A DNA stretch of 64,000 bases from Planctomycetota bacterium (GCA_044225365.1 JBGAIQ010000009.1:32001-96000); one strand, 5' to 3'. Positions 1 through 10,510 are shown, numbered from the stretch's first letter. A program made the numbers and translations. Notes: a model not told the origin generated them from the sequence alone.

Positions 1-124
1 ATTCGATACACGAGCGCGCATTCTCGCAGTGCAATCCGCGCGTTCTTCGCGCCGCGCCGACATCCGAATTGACAACCCGTTCGACCTCAGGCGAAATGGC
101 CGCGCCGCGCAGAGGTCTACCCCC

Positions 125-1546
125 ATGCTCTTGCGAGCTCTCGCGCTCTTCGCATCGATCGTCTCCAACGAGGTTCCTGAAGACTCGACCCATCCACCTG
201 CACCGCCGACGTCCCTCGAAGCGACGGCGTACGGAATCGTCTACGAGATTCCGGCGATGGCGTCGGTGCGCGTCACCAAGGACGTCACGTACACGAAGTC
301 CGGTGGTCGTGACCTGAAGATCGATATCGCCCTGCCGAAGACGGCGAGCGGTCCCCTCCCAGCGGTCGTCTTCCTCAACGCGATCGGCGATCGCCTTCCC
401 GATCGATTGAAAGAATGGGCGATCTATCGTTCGTGGCCGAAGCTCATCGCCGCTTCGGGTCTCGCCGGCGTGTCGATGGACTGCGACGCGGAACACATCC
501 AGGAGAGTCTCGCTGCGGTCTTCGACTTCCTCGAGAAGAACGGGAAGACCTATGGGATCGACGGCACGCGCATCGGAATCTACGCGGCGTCGGCGAACGT
601 GCGGGAGTCCGCGCGACTCCTCTTCGGCGAAAAGGCGCCGAAGAGCGTCAAGGCCGCGGTGTTCTACTACGGAGTCCCCGACGCCCCCGATCTGCGAGAC
701 GACCTTCCCGTCCTGGTGGTGACGGCGGAGAGCGATCTCGGACGCGTGCGTGACGGAATCCAAACGCTGTTCCTCCGCGTGATGGCGGATGCGCTGCCCT
801 GGACGTTCGAAATGGGCGCGGGATTGCCGCACGCCTTCGACTCCGTCGCCGACAACGATGCGAGTCGACGCACGATCCAGCGAACGATCGCCTTCTGGAA
901 GAGCCATCTCGAACCGATGCCGGCCTCCGCCTCCGGACCGTCCGAGGAACGCGAGATCCTCGCCGCGATGTTCGGGAACGACGATGCGCGCCTCAAGACG
1001 TTGCTCGACGCGTGGATCCCGAAGCACGAGAACGAAGCCATCGGCTACGCGATGCGCGGAACGGCGCTCGCGCACGCTCGCCGCGGACGCGAGGCGCGGA
1101 GCGATCTCGAGCGCGCCCTGCAGCTCGGCAGCACCGATCCCGGCGTTCACGGCTCGCTCGGAATCGAACTCCTGTTCGAGGGAAGGCATGCGGAGTCCAT
1201 CGAACACCTGCGGAATGCGATCGCGGGTGGATGGTTCAATGGCGAGGTGTACGCACACCTCGGCCACGCGCTGCTCCTCACCGGTGACTACGACGAGGGC
1301 GTGAAGGCATACGAACGTGCGATGGAATTGGGCATCCCGCCCGGCGCGCAGAGCCTCGGAAATGCGAGCTACAACCTGGCGTGCGGGTACGCGCGGCTCG
1401 ATCGCAAGGCGGATGCGCTCGCCGCGATCGAGAAGGCGGTCGATCAGGCCTTCGGCGATCGGCATACCTATGAAACGGACACCGACCTCGAGTCGATCCG
1501 GAAGGAGCCACGATTCCAGGCCGCGATCGCGAAGCTCTCGCGTTAG
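125..1546 (+). CDS. Alpha/beta-hydrolase (BD-FAE/esterase-like) fused to C-terminal TPR repeats, probably exported
   Basis: LKIDIALP..PLPAVVF, GIDGTRIGIYAAS elbow, AESD and PHAFD (Ser-Asp-His-like triad); TPR tail ending YNLACGYARL..DTDLESIRKEPRF; ATG 125 chosen for its hydrophobic N-terminus. Confidence 0.75.
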   Translation: MLLRALALFASIVSNEVPEDSTHPPAPPTSLEATAYGIVYEIPAMASVRVTKDVTYTKSGGRDLKIDIALPKTASGPLPAVVFLNAIGDRLPDRLKEWAIYRSWPKLIAASGLAGVSMDCDAEHIQESLAAVFDFLEKNGKTYGIDGTRIGIYAASANVRESARLLFGEKAPKSVKAAVFYYGVPDAPDLRDDLPVLVVTAESDLGRVRDGIQTLFLRVMADALPWTFEMGAGLPHAFDSVADNDASRRTIQRTIAFWKSHLEPMPASASGPSEEREILAAMFGNDDARLKTLLDAWIPKHENEAIGYAMRGTALAHARRGREARSDLERALQLGSTDPGVHGSLGIELLFEGRHAESIEHLRNAIAGGWFNGEVYAHLGHALLLTGDYDEGVKAYERAMELGIPPGAQSLGNASYNLACGYARLDRKADALAAIEKAVDQAFGDRHTYETDTDLESIRKEPRFQAAIAKLSR

Positions 1547-1570
1547 TCCAAGGGAATTCCGGGAGTCGCT

Positions 1571-1960
1571 TCAATCCTGGCGGGCTCCAGGACGGCGCTC
1601 CGCCACGTGCCAGAGCACGCCGGCGGGATCGTATACGTAAGCGACCCGCAGCCCCCACGGCTGCGTGGCGGGCGGCTTGGGCGCCTGTACTCCGAAACGA
1701 ACCGCGAGATCGAGTCCCTTCAGATGATTCCACCACGCGTCGAGATCGTCGACCATGAGTTGCATCATCGTGTTCTCGGCCCATTCCTTTTGATAATAAC
1801 GCTGCAAGATGAATCCCCCGGAACCCGCGTTGAAGATCGCGACTTCACTATCGAGAACCTTCTCGAAGCCCAGCGCCTCGTAGAACCGTTTCGAGACGTC
1901 GAAATCCTTCACGGGCAGGAAGGGCCGCGCGAGTTCGTTACCAGCGGGAATTCGGTCCAT
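1571..1960 (-). CDS. VOC/glyoxalase family protein
   Basis: RPFLPVKDFDVSKRFYEALGF...QPWGLRVAYVYDPAGVLWHV. Confidence 0.85.
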   Translation of the reverse strand: MDRIPAGNELARPFLPVKDFDVSKRFYEALGFEKVLDSEVAIFNAGSGGFILQRYYQKEWAENTMMQLMVDDLDAWWNHLKGLDLAVRFGVQAPKPPATQPWGLRVAYVYDPAGVLWHVAERRPGARQD

Positions 1961-1987
1961 GCATACACTCCTCGTCGAGCCTGATTT

Positions 1988-2617
1988 CTACTGTCCGCCG
2001 TGCTTCCGGGTCAATTCTACACCGCTGCCGATCGGGAGGAGAATCGAGTCGAGGTCCGAGCGCGTTCGAATCCGAGCCTGATAGGCCATCGCATCGGCCC
2101 GCGCGCTCGGCGGGAAGAGCATGTTGTCGGCCGCGATGAATCCGCCGGGCGCCAGCTTCGGATGAAGGAGCTCGAAGCACGGCAGATAGAGGTCCTTCCA
2201 GAGGTCGAGGAGCACGAAGTCGAATGGGCCATCGAGGCGCGGCAGGGTGTCGAGCGCGCTTCCGACGTGGAACTCGACGAATGATTCGAGTCCGGCGCGC
2301 GCGAGTTGGCTTCGCGCGTATTCGACCTTGCTTTCCGCGAGCTCGAGGCTGTGGACCCTGCCTCCCGTTGCCCGAGCGGCATCCGCGAGCCAGATCGTGG
2401 AGTAGCCGTACGACGCTCCCACCTCGACGATGGACTTCGCCTTCGCCCCCACGACGAGACTGTGCAGGAATCGCCCCGTCTCCGGCCCCACGCTGATCAG
2501 GAACTCGTCGATCCTCCGCATGAACTCGGCGAAATCCGAATGCATGAGCCGCGATTCGTCGGCGGCTCGGCGCTCGTATTCGGCGAGGACGGATTCGACG
2601 GCGGGATCCAGTTCCAT
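1988..2617 (-). CDS. O-methyltransferase (class I SAM-dependent, Methyltransf_3-like)
   Basis: IVEVGASYGYSTIWLA; FDFVLLDLWKDLY; GGFIAADN. Confidence 0.9.
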   Translation of the reverse strand: MELDPAVESVLAEYERRAADESRLMHSDFAEFMRRIDEFLISVGPETGRFLHSLVVGAKAKSIVEVGASYGYSTIWLADAARATGGRVHSLELAESKVEYARSQLARAGLESFVEFHVGSALDTLPRLDGPFDFVLLDLWKDLYLPCFELLHPKLAPGGFIAADNMLFPPSARADAMAYQARIRTRSDLDSILLPIGSGVELTRKHGGQ

Positions 2618-2644
2618 GCGGGGACTCCTTCAGCGTCGCGCCGT

Positions 2645-3586
2645 TCAGTCGAACGCGGCGATTCGAGTTCGATGCCACTCCTCCGGCGCGCCGGAATCCA
2701 GTCCGAACTGCATGGGAACGGAGAAGGTCACGGTGGGAGAGCCAGACTTGTATACGCGGATGAACGGTGGCGCTGCGCTATTCACGGGCGGCACGGAATC
2801 CGGATCGAAGCAAGGATTGGCGAAGCCGGAGGCGCAGAGTTCCACGTAGCCGAAGCGTTCCTCACGGTGAAGGATCCCCTCCTGGACTCGGCTCAGATCG
2901 AGGAATTGCACCTTCCACGAGCTGTCGTCACCCCACTGGCAACCCCACACGAACCCGAATGCGCCGGTCGGCCACTCGCGGTCTTCCGTCCAATGCTCAT
3001 GGCCGGGGATGCAGCCGGTTCCATGCACATCCCACCAATCGGGTACGTAGAACCCGACGGGACAGAAGGAATCCTTGCCCGCATCGGGCTCTTCCGCGAT
3101 GACCTTTCCACTCGCGAGATCGAGGACGGCCGAGCGAGTGTAATGATGCGAGATCAATGCGAGTTCTCGAGCGCCCTGCCGAAAGGGTTCGAACGTCCTG
3201 TACATGACGAAGTCGCGTTCGTATTCGCAGATCGTCTCGAGGTAGGGACTCGAGGTCGAGCGACGGACGACTTCCACGTGGGTCGTGGCCCATGTCCCCG
3301 GATTCCGCTTCGCTTCGTTGCATCGCACCGCGAACTTGTCGCGCGGTTTGGGAAGCGGCGGAATCTCGAAGTCCGTGGCGACGAGGATCTCGCAAATCAC
3401 GAATCCGCGATCGTGATACTGCGCCGCCCAGTTCCGACCGTCCCTTTCCTCGCGCCGCAGGCGGTCGATCGTCTGCTCGGCCTCCGCCTTCGTTCGATAG
3501 GTCCCGAAAGGGACATCCTGCTCCCTTCCCGCGTGCTGGCCGAGCACTCGATAGACGATGTCACCTCGCATCTCGAGTTTCCTCAT
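2645..3586 (-). CDS. Hypothetical protein
   Basis: 313-aa ORF with protein-like composition (FCPVGFYVP, GFVWGCQWGDDSSWKVQFLDLS), co-oriented with neighbours. Confidence 0.7.
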   Translation of the reverse strand: MRKLEMRGDIVYRVLGQHAGREQDVPFGTYRTKAEAEQTIDRLRREERDGRNWAAQYHDRGFVICEILVATDFEIPPLPKPRDKFAVRCNEAKRNPGTWATTHVEVVRRSTSSPYLETICEYERDFVMYRTFEPFRQGARELALISHHYTRSAVLDLASGKVIAEEPDAGKDSFCPVGFYVPDWWDVHGTGCIPGHEHWTEDREWPTGAFGFVWGCQWGDDSSWKVQFLDLSRVQEGILHREERFGYVELCASGFANPCFDPDSVPPVNSAAPPFIRVYKSGSPTVTFSVPMQFGLDSGAPEEWHRTRIAAFD

Positions 3587-3642
3587 TCATGCTCGTTCCA
3601 CTCGACCCGTTCGTTCTCGCCGCACGGGATCGCCGACTCCCC

Positions 3643-4089
3643 TCACTCACCGAACTGAACCAAGTGATGATCCGTGTGCTTCCAACACAAGCGGCCCCAC
3701 TGTTCCGGGGTGAGCGGACCGAACATCGGATGCACCGCGCGAGCGGTACCCGCTCCGACGCGCTCGATGAGATCGACGACGGCGGACACGTCCGATGTCC
3801 ACGACGAGGGTGTGGACTGCAGCATCTCGGGAGCCGTCTCGATCTTGCCGCGCGGGGGCTTGAAACCGGTTTCGACGACGAGGAATTTCAGCACCGTGCG
3901 ACTCAGCAGATGGTGGACCGGCTTCGACGGCGCGTCGCCGAGCGCCACGCGCAATTGATCCTTGAGATGGCAGATCATCCTCGGTGCATCGAGTTTGCCC
4001 CACGCGGGCTTCTCGTCCGCGCGGACTCGACGAAGGCGCTCGATCAACGGGGCGCGGTCCTTGGCATTCAAGAGCGTTGGGAGCGGCAC
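3643..4089 (-). CDS. DUF1569/DinB-like protein
   Basis: WGKLDAPRMICHL...HPMFGPLTPEQWGRLCWKHTDHHLVQFG; GGAGG RBS before GTG 4089. Confidence 0.85.
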   Translation of the reverse strand: MPLPTLLNAKDRAPLIERLRRVRADEKPAWGKLDAPRMICHLKDQLRVALGDAPSKPVHHLLSRTVLKFLVVETGFKPPRGKIETAPEMLQSTPSSWTSDVSAVVDLIERVGAGTARAVHPMFGPLTPEQWGRLCWKHTDHHLVQFGE

Positions 4090-4135
4090 GAATTCCTCCG
4101 GCGAAGACGAACAGTTGAGAACGAAAGGGCGCAGA

Positions 4136-4978
4136 TCATTTTGGAGCAAGATCGCCGAACCAGTACGCGGCGGTGACGCCGCCGTCCATCAAGAAGTCGC
4201 TGCCTGTGATGAAGGCGCCTCCGGACTCGAGGAGCAGCGCGCCGACCGTCCCCACCTCATCCGGCGTGCCGGCGCGTCCCGCGGCGGACAAGTCGATCAT
4301 CCTCCGGTAGCCCGCGCCGCGGGGCCCCGAGAGTTCGTCGTTGGCAAGAGGTGTCATGATGATGCCGGGACTGATCGTATTGACGCGCGCGCCGCGCTTG
4401 CCCCACCGCACCGCTTCCGCCTTGACACGAAGCGAATTCGCGCGCTTCGAGATCTGATACGCACGGAGCGGATCGACGACTTCCGACGGCTGCAACATGG
4501 GAAGCGCGAGGAGTTCCTCCGTCGGAGTCCTCGCGAGCGCCTCGTTCTGCTGCGGCGTGAGCGCCGGCAATCGATGCCCCGACTGCGACGCAATGACGAC
4601 ACCGGCCCCGCCGCGCGCGATCACGTTGCCGAATTCCTCGAGCACGAGCGCGGTGCCGTAGAGATCGACCTTCAAGATCGTTGCAGAGGAAGCTTGCGAC
4701 GGTGAGACTCCCGCCGCGTGAATGATCCTCGTGACGCTCCCGATCGCGCTGGCCTTCTCGATCAGTGCGCGGACTGAACTGCGCGACGCAACATCGACCT
4801 CGGCGACGCTCACGTCGAATCCCGCGTCGAAGAGGACTCTCGCGGCGGCGCTCGCGTTCTCACTCCGCAGATCGGCAAGAACGATGTGCTTGCCTGCACC
4901 GATTCGCCGTGCGATCGCCTGGCCGATCGCTCCTGCGCCGAGCACGACGATGACCTCTCTCCTCAGGTCCGAGATCAT
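4136..4978 (-). CDS. SDR family oxidoreductase
   Basis: VLGAGAIG NAD-binding motif, YQISK catalytic motif, RVNTISPG, FITGSDFLMDGG. Confidence 0.9.
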   Translation of the reverse strand: MISDLRREVIVVLGAGAIGQAIARRIGAGKHIVLADLRSENASAAARVLFDAGFDVSVAEVDVASRSSVRALIEKASAIGSVTRIIHAAGVSPSQASSATILKVDLYGTALVLEEFGNVIARGGAGVVIASQSGHRLPALTPQQNEALARTPTEELLALPMLQPSEVVDPLRAYQISKRANSLRVKAEAVRWGKRGARVNTISPGIIMTPLANDELSGPRGAGYRRMIDLSAAGRAGTPDEVGTVGALLLESGGAFITGSDFLMDGGVTAAYWFGDLAPK

Positions 4979-5502
4979 CCTTTCGACTCGATGTCGGCGG
5001 TGAGCCAACCCTTCAGCGCCGCGGCCTGCTTCACCCAGTTCGCGAGCTGGTCCTCGTCGAGGTCGTCTTCGTGGACGTCGATCCAGCGAGCCTCCTTGGC
5101 CGTTCCGCCAGCGGGCGCGGGTCGCAGCGAGGTGCCCGCGAAGAACGTGACCTTCACGAAATTCGTGAAGGTGTGCAGACCGACGAGCCAGCCCTGGCCG
5201 TCGATGCCATAGAACGGCGAGTTCCACTTCACGGCCTTGCGCACGTTCGGAACCGTGCGAACGATGAGCGCGTCGATTCGGCGGCCGATGTCGCGCTTCC
5301 AGCCCGGCATCGCATCGATGTACGCCTGCACCGGTGCGTCGCCCTCGGACTTCGCGATCCGAGGATTTCCGCCGGCGAGCAGAACGGGCTTCGCATTGGA
5401 GGAGGTCATCGGCGAATGCGAGCTCGATCTCGAACGAGCCGAGTTCTTGCCCGTCGGTTTCGCTCGCTGCGATTGCGAGGCGGTCTTGCGAGTCGGACTC
5501 AT
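4975..5502 (-). CDS. DUF1801 (YdhG-like) protein
   Basis: LLAGGNPRIAK..GDAPVQAYIDAMPGWK..VRKAVKWNSPFYG; stop overlaps the start of the SDR gene. Confidence 0.85.
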   Translation of the reverse strand: MSPTRKTASQSQRAKPTGKNSARSRSSSHSPMTSSNAKPVLLAGGNPRIAKSEGDAPVQAYIDAMPGWKRDIGRRIDALIVRTVPNVRKAVKWNSPFYGIDGQGWLVGLHTFTNFVKVTFFAGTSLRPAPAGGTAKEARWIDVHEDDLDEDQLANWVKQAAALKGWLTADIESKG

Positions 5503-5939
5503 CGGCTTCCTTTCTTCTTCGACTTCTTCGTCTTGTTCGCCTTGGCATCGAGGACGCCCCGATTCAGCGCGACGGCTTCGCGCAGGAGCGCCTTGAACGC
5601 TGTCGCATCCACCGTCTCGCCTTCGCGGATGTCGATCGCGCGGCGAGCGTTTCCATCGAGGCTCGCGTTGAACAGGCGCGAGGGGTCCGGAAGTGCGGCG
5701 CCCTTGTGAAACGTCAGCTTGACGACGCTCTTGTACGTCTCGCCGGTGCAGAGGATCCCGTCGTGCGACCACACGGGAGTGCCCATCCACTTCCATTCCT
5801 CGACGACGTCCGGATCCGCTTCGTGGATGAGCTTTCGCATGCGACGCAAGGTCTCGCCCCGCCAGTCTCCGAGCTCCGCGATCCTCGCCGTGATGAGCTT
5901 CGATGCATCCGAGTTCGTTTCCGCATCCGCTCGCTTCAT
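5499..5939 (-). CDS. DUF1801 (YdhG-like) protein
   Basis: LGDWRGETL..ADPDVVEEWKWMGTPVWSHDGILCTGETYK. Confidence 0.9.
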   Translation of the reverse strand: MKRADAETNSDASKLITARIAELGDWRGETLRRMRKLIHEADPDVVEEWKWMGTPVWSHDGILCTGETYKSVVKLTFHKGAALPDPSRLFNASLDGNARRAIDIREGETVDATAFKALLREAVALNRGVLDAKANKTKKSKKKGSR

Positions 5940-5992
5940 CGTCGTTTCCTCGAATTCACGTCGTTTCCTGGATCACATGAGAAGGCGAAGAA

Positions 5993-6328
5993 TCAAGGCT
6001 CCGGGGACAAACCATACAAGCGCTTCTCCTCCGCGAGGAAGCCTTCGAGCGTGCCGTCGAATTCCACCGTGGGATGTCGCGCATCGATCTCCTGCTTCCC
6101 GATCCACGACAAGTGGACGACCGTGAACCGCTGCGGCCGATCACGATGGCGGACGAGGATATCGTCCGTGCCGTGTCGGTGTGCGACGATGTCGACGGCG
6201 CGGCCGAACAAGAGATGACCCGGAGGCAATTCCCTTCGCAGCTCGTCCTCTAGACTCGACGTCGTGGCCGCGTCCTCCGGATGGAACCAGCCCACGGGAA
6301 GCGCCGGTCGATCGGGCTCGGACGTCAT
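5993..6328 (-). CDS. Hypothetical protein
   Basis: ELRRELPPGHLL..DDILV..VVHLSW; ATGA coupling to the upstream VOC gene. Confidence 0.7.
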   Translation of the reverse strand: MTSEPDRPALPVGWFHPEDAATTSSLEDELRRELPPGHLLFGRAVDIVAHRHGTDDILVRHRDRPQRFTVVHLSWIGKQEIDARHPTVEFDGTLEGFLAEEKRLYGLSPEP

Positions 6329-6687
6329 CGCGATCCTCGCCCTGGTAGCTGCCAGAGTCCGTGATGAACGCCGCCCTGCAGGTAGATCGCGAACGTGCCG
6401 TGACCGGGGATCTCGAGCGGCGGGTGCGCGACCTTCCCGCCGGCGAGAACGGCCGCGGCGAGAGCCCCTTCGATCTCCTCCACCAGGAAGTAGGGACGCA
6501 CGACGGGTTGCTCCGACGGGCTGAGCGGCGCGCGCACTCCGAGAAGTCCGCCTCCCGGCAATCTCGCGGTGCGAGCGTGACCGAGCTCCGCGATCGGCTC
6601 GCTGAACTCGGCGTGGAGCGATGCTGCGTAGGCCGCGCAGACTTCGTCGACTCGATCGCTCACGATCTCGAGGTACTGGATGCGCAT
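6325..6687 (-). CDS. VOC family protein
   Basis: MRIQYLEIV...RPYFLVEEIEGA..GGKVAHPPLEIPGHGTFAIY. Confidence 0.85.
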   Translation of the reverse strand: MRIQYLEIVSDRVDEVCAAYAASLHAEFSEPIAELGHARTARLPGGGLLGVRAPLSPSEQPVVRPYFLVEEIEGALAAAVLAGGKVAHPPLEIPGHGTFAIYLQGGVHHGLWQLPGRGSR

Positions 6688-6730
6688 GGGGACTTCCGTT
6701 CGACTCCGACGACGAGGATGCGTTCGAATC

Positions 6731-7162
6731 CTACTTGGCCGCCTTGCGCTTCTTTCCTGGCTCGGCCTTCCCGGTTCGCTGCGGGGCGGGCTCGGGGGCC
6801 GCCTTCTCGCCGCCGAACACGGCGTAGCTCTCGCGAATCCACTTCTCGATGCGCGAGAGAGTGACGCCCGAGGGAAAGGTGCCGCCCGCTTGCAGTCGGA
6901 TCGTGGCCCAACCGCCCGCTCCAATCGCGAGGGATTTTGGATCCTTCTTCGCGAGCGTCTCGAACTCGCCCTTCGATGCGTCGAGCTTCAGTCGAATCTC
7001 CGTCGCGCGTACGAAGAGGAAGGACTTCTTGCGCACGGTCACGGTCGCGCTCTCGAGCGATGTGCCCGCGCAAGCGACGCCGGATTCGACGTTCGGTAGA
7101 CCGAGCCCGATCGCCAGGATCTGGTTCGTACCGTTCGCGTTCTCGCTCGCTCTTCCTGCCAT
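6731..7162 (-). CDS. MmcQ/YjbR-like DNA-binding protein
   Basis: LPNVESGVAC..VRKKSFLF..GWATI..WIRESY. Confidence 0.65.
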   Translation of the reverse strand: MAGRASENANGTNQILAIGLGLPNVESGVACAGTSLESATVTVRKKSFLFVRATEIRLKLDASKGEFETLAKKDPKSLAIGAGGWATIRLQAGGTFPSGVTLSRIEKWIRESYAVFGGEKAAPEPAPQRTGKAEPGKKRKAAK

Positions 7163-7278
7163 GTTCAGCCTCCTGCGGCGGCAAGGGGGTCAGGATACCA
7201 GAGCGCCCACGGTCGACGTGGAGTCGCCCGCCATCCGCCGATTGCGTTTCTCTCGAGGCAGCTCTTAACTGCCGCGAG

Positions 7279-8304
7279 ATGATCAAGAGCCTTCTGCGCC
7301 TGTTGCTCGCCCTCGTCGCCGTCGCCATCGCCGTCGCTCTTCACTTCCGGTCCGACACGGAGGTCACGCGATCCAGCGCCGAGCCCTGGCCTGCCGGAAT
7401 GGGCACGCTCGATTCGGTCGCCGCACGCTTTCCCCCGTTGGAGCAGAACGCGACCGCCACGCAATGGCTGGCGCTCGCGGGCGCGCTGCCGACGAACGGG
7501 AACGTCCTCGAATACCTCCGCCGCGAGATCGCCCGCGACGACCTCGCGATCGGCGAGCCGCCCGCGCTCGCCGACCCCACGGCGATCCGTGAACTGCTCC
7601 TTCGCGAGCCGATCGTCTTCGGAAGCGCGATCGCCTTCGACGACGGGGAGATCGCGACGAGGCGCGTCGTGCTGCTCACCGCGGCGCGAACGCTCGTCGC
7701 CGATGCGCTCGCTCGCGCATACAAGGGTGATGCGACGGCCTGGGAGGATCTTCACGCCGCATGGATCCTCGCCCGCACGCAGGATGGACATCCGCAGATG
7801 ATGGCGCAGACCGCGGCGCTCACGATGGCGCGTTGGATCAATGCCGTCGCTTGGAAGATGCCGCTGCCCGCGCCCGAATGGTTGCACGAACTCACGATGC
7901 ACGATCCCGTACGGCCCCTCCTCGATGCGTTCCAATATCAAACGGCTTCCTACTGGAGGAGTGGGTCCGAGATCTTCCCGACTCGTTGGCTCGCGCAGTC
8001 GATGGACCGCGACCGGAAGATCGCGGAAGAACTCGCGAATTCGAACGCCTGCGACGTCGAAGCCCGCGAGAACGATCTCGGACCCTCGCTCGTCACCGTG
8101 TGGCGTCGTGCCTTTCGATTTCGAGCCGAACGCGAAGCGACCGCCAACGCGATCCGCGTCCGCGAGGGCAAACCGATCGAGGCGACATCGAAGTGGAGCG
8201 ACGGCGGCTGGAGGCTCGACGGGACGACGCTGCGACCGCAACGCGAGATCCCCATGGACGCCGAGCAGATGCCGATGCCGCTCACGCTTCGGATCGCCCG
8301 GTAG
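7279..8304 (+). CDS. Hypothetical exported or membrane-anchored protein
   Basis: N-terminal hydrophobic segment [21 protein letters not shown]; long clean ORF. Confidence 0.7.
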   Translation: MIKSLLRLLLALVAVAIAVALHFRSDTEVTRSSAEPWPAGMGTLDSVAARFPPLEQNATATQWLALAGALPTNGNVLEYLRREIARDDLAIGEPPALADPTAIRELLLREPIVFGSAIAFDDGEIATRRVVLLTAARTLVADALARAYKGDATAWEDLHAAWILARTQDGHPQMMAQTAALTMARWINAVAWKMPLPAPEWLHELTMHDPVRPLLDAFQYQTASYWRSGSEIFPTRWLAQSMDRDRKIAEELANSNACDVEARENDLGPSLVTVWRRAFRFRAEREATANAIRVREGKPIEATSKWSDGGWRLDGTTLRPQREIPMDAEQMPMPLTLRIAR

Positions 8305-8314
8305 CACACTTGCC

Positions 8315-9106
8315 TCATCTCTTTCCGTCGAAGCAAAGCGCGAGCACTTCGCGGAGGGCGGAATTGCACTGCGCTTTCGACCATCCATCGCTCGGCGCCG
8401 GCAAGTTCCGCTCGATGCGAGTGATCTCCTCGTCGAGGTAGTCATCCAATTCGGGAATGCGTGCGACGACATCCGTTTCGAGAGATCGACTCTTCAGCGC
8501 GACGAGATGATCGATGATCGTTCGGATGCGCCCGGCGGGTACGAGCGTGTCGACGAGCTCCTGGAACTCCATCGGCGGCGAGATCCCCTTTTCCAATACG
8601 AAGCGCGCCGCGAGAAGCGGACGCAGTGCGTAGAGATAACGCTTGAACCGCACGTCCGAGTCGCCCGCGCCCCGCCGCTGGTGCTGCCGCATCATCGATC
8701 GATAGTGATGGCACGAGGCCAGGGGAATGAAAGCCGTATCGGAGAGGCGACGCAGGTACGCGGCGGCGGCGGAATGCTCTCGATATACGATCCTCGATCG
8801 CAGCCATTCCAAGAGCGCGGGGTTGCTCTTGCGGAGCAGTCCGAGAGCCTTCTTCACGTCCCAGCCGTTGACGTCCAGCACTCCCGAGATCGGCCGCTCG
8901 ATCACATCGCGCGGCTCGAACACCGCGATGTAATCGGTCGGTGGCCGGGCGTAGACGAAGCGCACGTCGAAATCGCTATCTGGTGACGGAAATCCCCAGG
9001 CGCGGCTTCCCGACTCCACCGCGAGGAGGATGAGGACGCCTTCGTCGCGCTCGATGCGGGCGAGCTCATCCAGGATTTGTGGGCGCAGCGAATCCGGAGC
9101 GAGCAT
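8315..9106 (-). CDS. Predicted nucleotidyltransferase (Pol beta superfamily, YcgL/Nuc-transf-like)
   Basis: AVESGSRAWGFPSPDSDFDVRFVY; GWDVKKALGLL.KSNP..EWL; KRYLYALRPLLA. Confidence 0.9.
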   Translation of the reverse strand: MLAPDSLRPQILDELARIERDEGVLILLAVESGSRAWGFPSPDSDFDVRFVYARPPTDYIAVFEPRDVIERPISGVLDVNGWDVKKALGLLRKSNPALLEWLRSRIVYREHSAAAAYLRRLSDTAFIPLASCHHYRSMMRQHQRRGAGDSDVRFKRYLYALRPLLAARFVLEKGISPPMEFQELVDTLVPAGRIRTIIDHLVALKSRSLETDVVARIPELDDYLDEEITRIERNLPAPSDGWSKAQCNSALREVLALCFDGKR

Positions 9107-10510
9107 TCAGACCGCCGGCTCCTTGCGTCCGCGCCCGGCACTCTTGGTCCACGCCAGATACGCGGGGATGCCGAGGGCGACGATCCCCACACCGATCAAC
9201 GAGTCGCGCGGGCTCGTTACCAAAGCGTTGACGACGAACGCGAGCGAGGTCAATACGAAGAGAAGGGGTACCCAGGGATAACCGAACACGCGATACGGCC
9301 GCGGCGCATCGGGACGCGTGCGACGCAGACGGAACAAGGCGATACCCGTAGCCGCATGGAAGACGAAGAGAACGAAGACCACGTAGCCGAGGAGTTGTTC
9401 GTAACTACCCACTAACGTGAGGATCACGCTCCAAATCCCTTGCGCGATCAGGCTCGCCGTCGGGACCTTGCGCGTCGGGTGGATCCGGTCGAGCGAACGG
9501 AAGAAGACTCCGTCCTGGGCCATAGGTAGGTAGATCCGCGACGCGGTCAGGATTCCGGACGACAGACAACCGAACAGCACCACGATCACGGCGAGCGCCA
9601 TCCAGCGGCCTCCCGCTGCTCCGAGCAGTGCGGCGACCGCCGACTCGCCGATCCGCGGGCTCGCCCCGAGCGTGGCCAGCGGAAGCGCGCGCAGGTACGT
9701 CCAATTGATGAGGGAATAGAGCAGGGTCATCACGATGACGCCGCCAACGAGACCCCGCGGAATGTTGCGAGCCGGATCGCGAATCTCGCCGGCCACGAAC
9801 GTCGCTTGGTACCACCCGTCGTACGCTCCGAAGACACCGATCAACGCCACGCCGATTCCAGCGGCGAGGCCCCCGGTGGGTAGCGGGGCAAGCCAGTCGA
9901 TCGAGGTGCCGGCGGGCGCGGCGAGACCCGCCCCACAGAGAAGCACGACCAGCACTGCCTTCACGACGGTGAGCGCATTCTGAATGCCCGCCCCTTCCTT
10001 GAGTCCCAAGTAATTGATCGCGGTCAAAACGACGATCGCGATGGCCCCGACGAGTTGGACCGCGTTCAGGTCCCAATTCCACGGCCCGATGGGAAGATGA
10101 ACGATCACGTGCTCGGTCGACACCCACGGGAGGAATGCGCCCAAGTACTCGCCGAATGCGACCGCGACGAACGCGTTGCCCGCCGACTGGGCAACGAGGA
10201 ACGACGCCCAACCGAACATGAAGCCCGAGAAGGGACCGAACGCTTCCTTGAGGAAGTGATACTGACCTCCCGCCCGAGGGAACATCGCACCGAGCTCGGC
10301 ATACGTGAGCGACCCCGCGATCGTCAGGACCCCGCCGACGATCCACGCCGCCAGCACGAGGCTCGCATGCGGGAGGGCGCGTGGCACCAACGCGGTGCCG
10401 ATGAAGATCGACGAGCCGAGCATGGTGCCGATCGTGATGAGCGCGGTATCCCAGGCACCCAGCCCCCGAACGAGCCCCGAGGAACCATCTGAAGCGTCCG
10501 TTTGGGTCAT
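9107..10510 (-). CDS. APC family amino acid permease
   Basis: Many TM segments; YAELGAMFPRAGGQY, AYDGWY..VAGEIRDP.RNIP, RPYRVFGYP. Confidence 0.92.
   Translation of the reverse strand: MTQTDASDGSSGLVRGLGAWDTALITIGTMLGSSIFIGTALVPRALPHASLVLAAWIVGGVLTIAGSLTYAELGAMFPRAGGQYHFLKEAFGPFSGFMFGWASFLVAQSAGNAFVAVAFGEYLGAFLPWVSTEHVIVHLPIGPWNWDLNAVQLVGAIAIVVLTAINYLGLKEGAGIQNALTVVKAVLVVLLCGAGLAAPAGTSIDWLAPLPTGGLAAGIGVALIGVFGAYDGWYQATFVAGEIRDPARNIPRGLVGGVIVMTLLYSLINWTYLRALPLATLGASPRIGESAVAALLGAAGGRWMALAVIVVLFGCLSSGILTASRIYLPMAQDGVFFRSLDRIHPTRKVPTASLIAQGIWSVILTLVGSYEQLLGYVVFVLFVFHAATGIALFRLRRTRPDAPRPYRVFGYPWVPLLFVLTSLAFVVNALVTSPRDSLIGVGIVALGIPAYLAWTKSAGRGRKEPAV

Noticed and set aside
4979-5548. Long N-terminal extension of the SDR ORF (470 aa)
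   Set aside because: It overlaps the DUF1801 gene in another frame; the SDR fold begins at ATG 4978.
7252-7278. Hairpin CTCGAGGCAG-ctcttaa-CTGCCGCGAG as a terminator or recombination site
   Set aside because: It lies between divergent genes with no U-tract and no attC boxes; its function cannot be supported.
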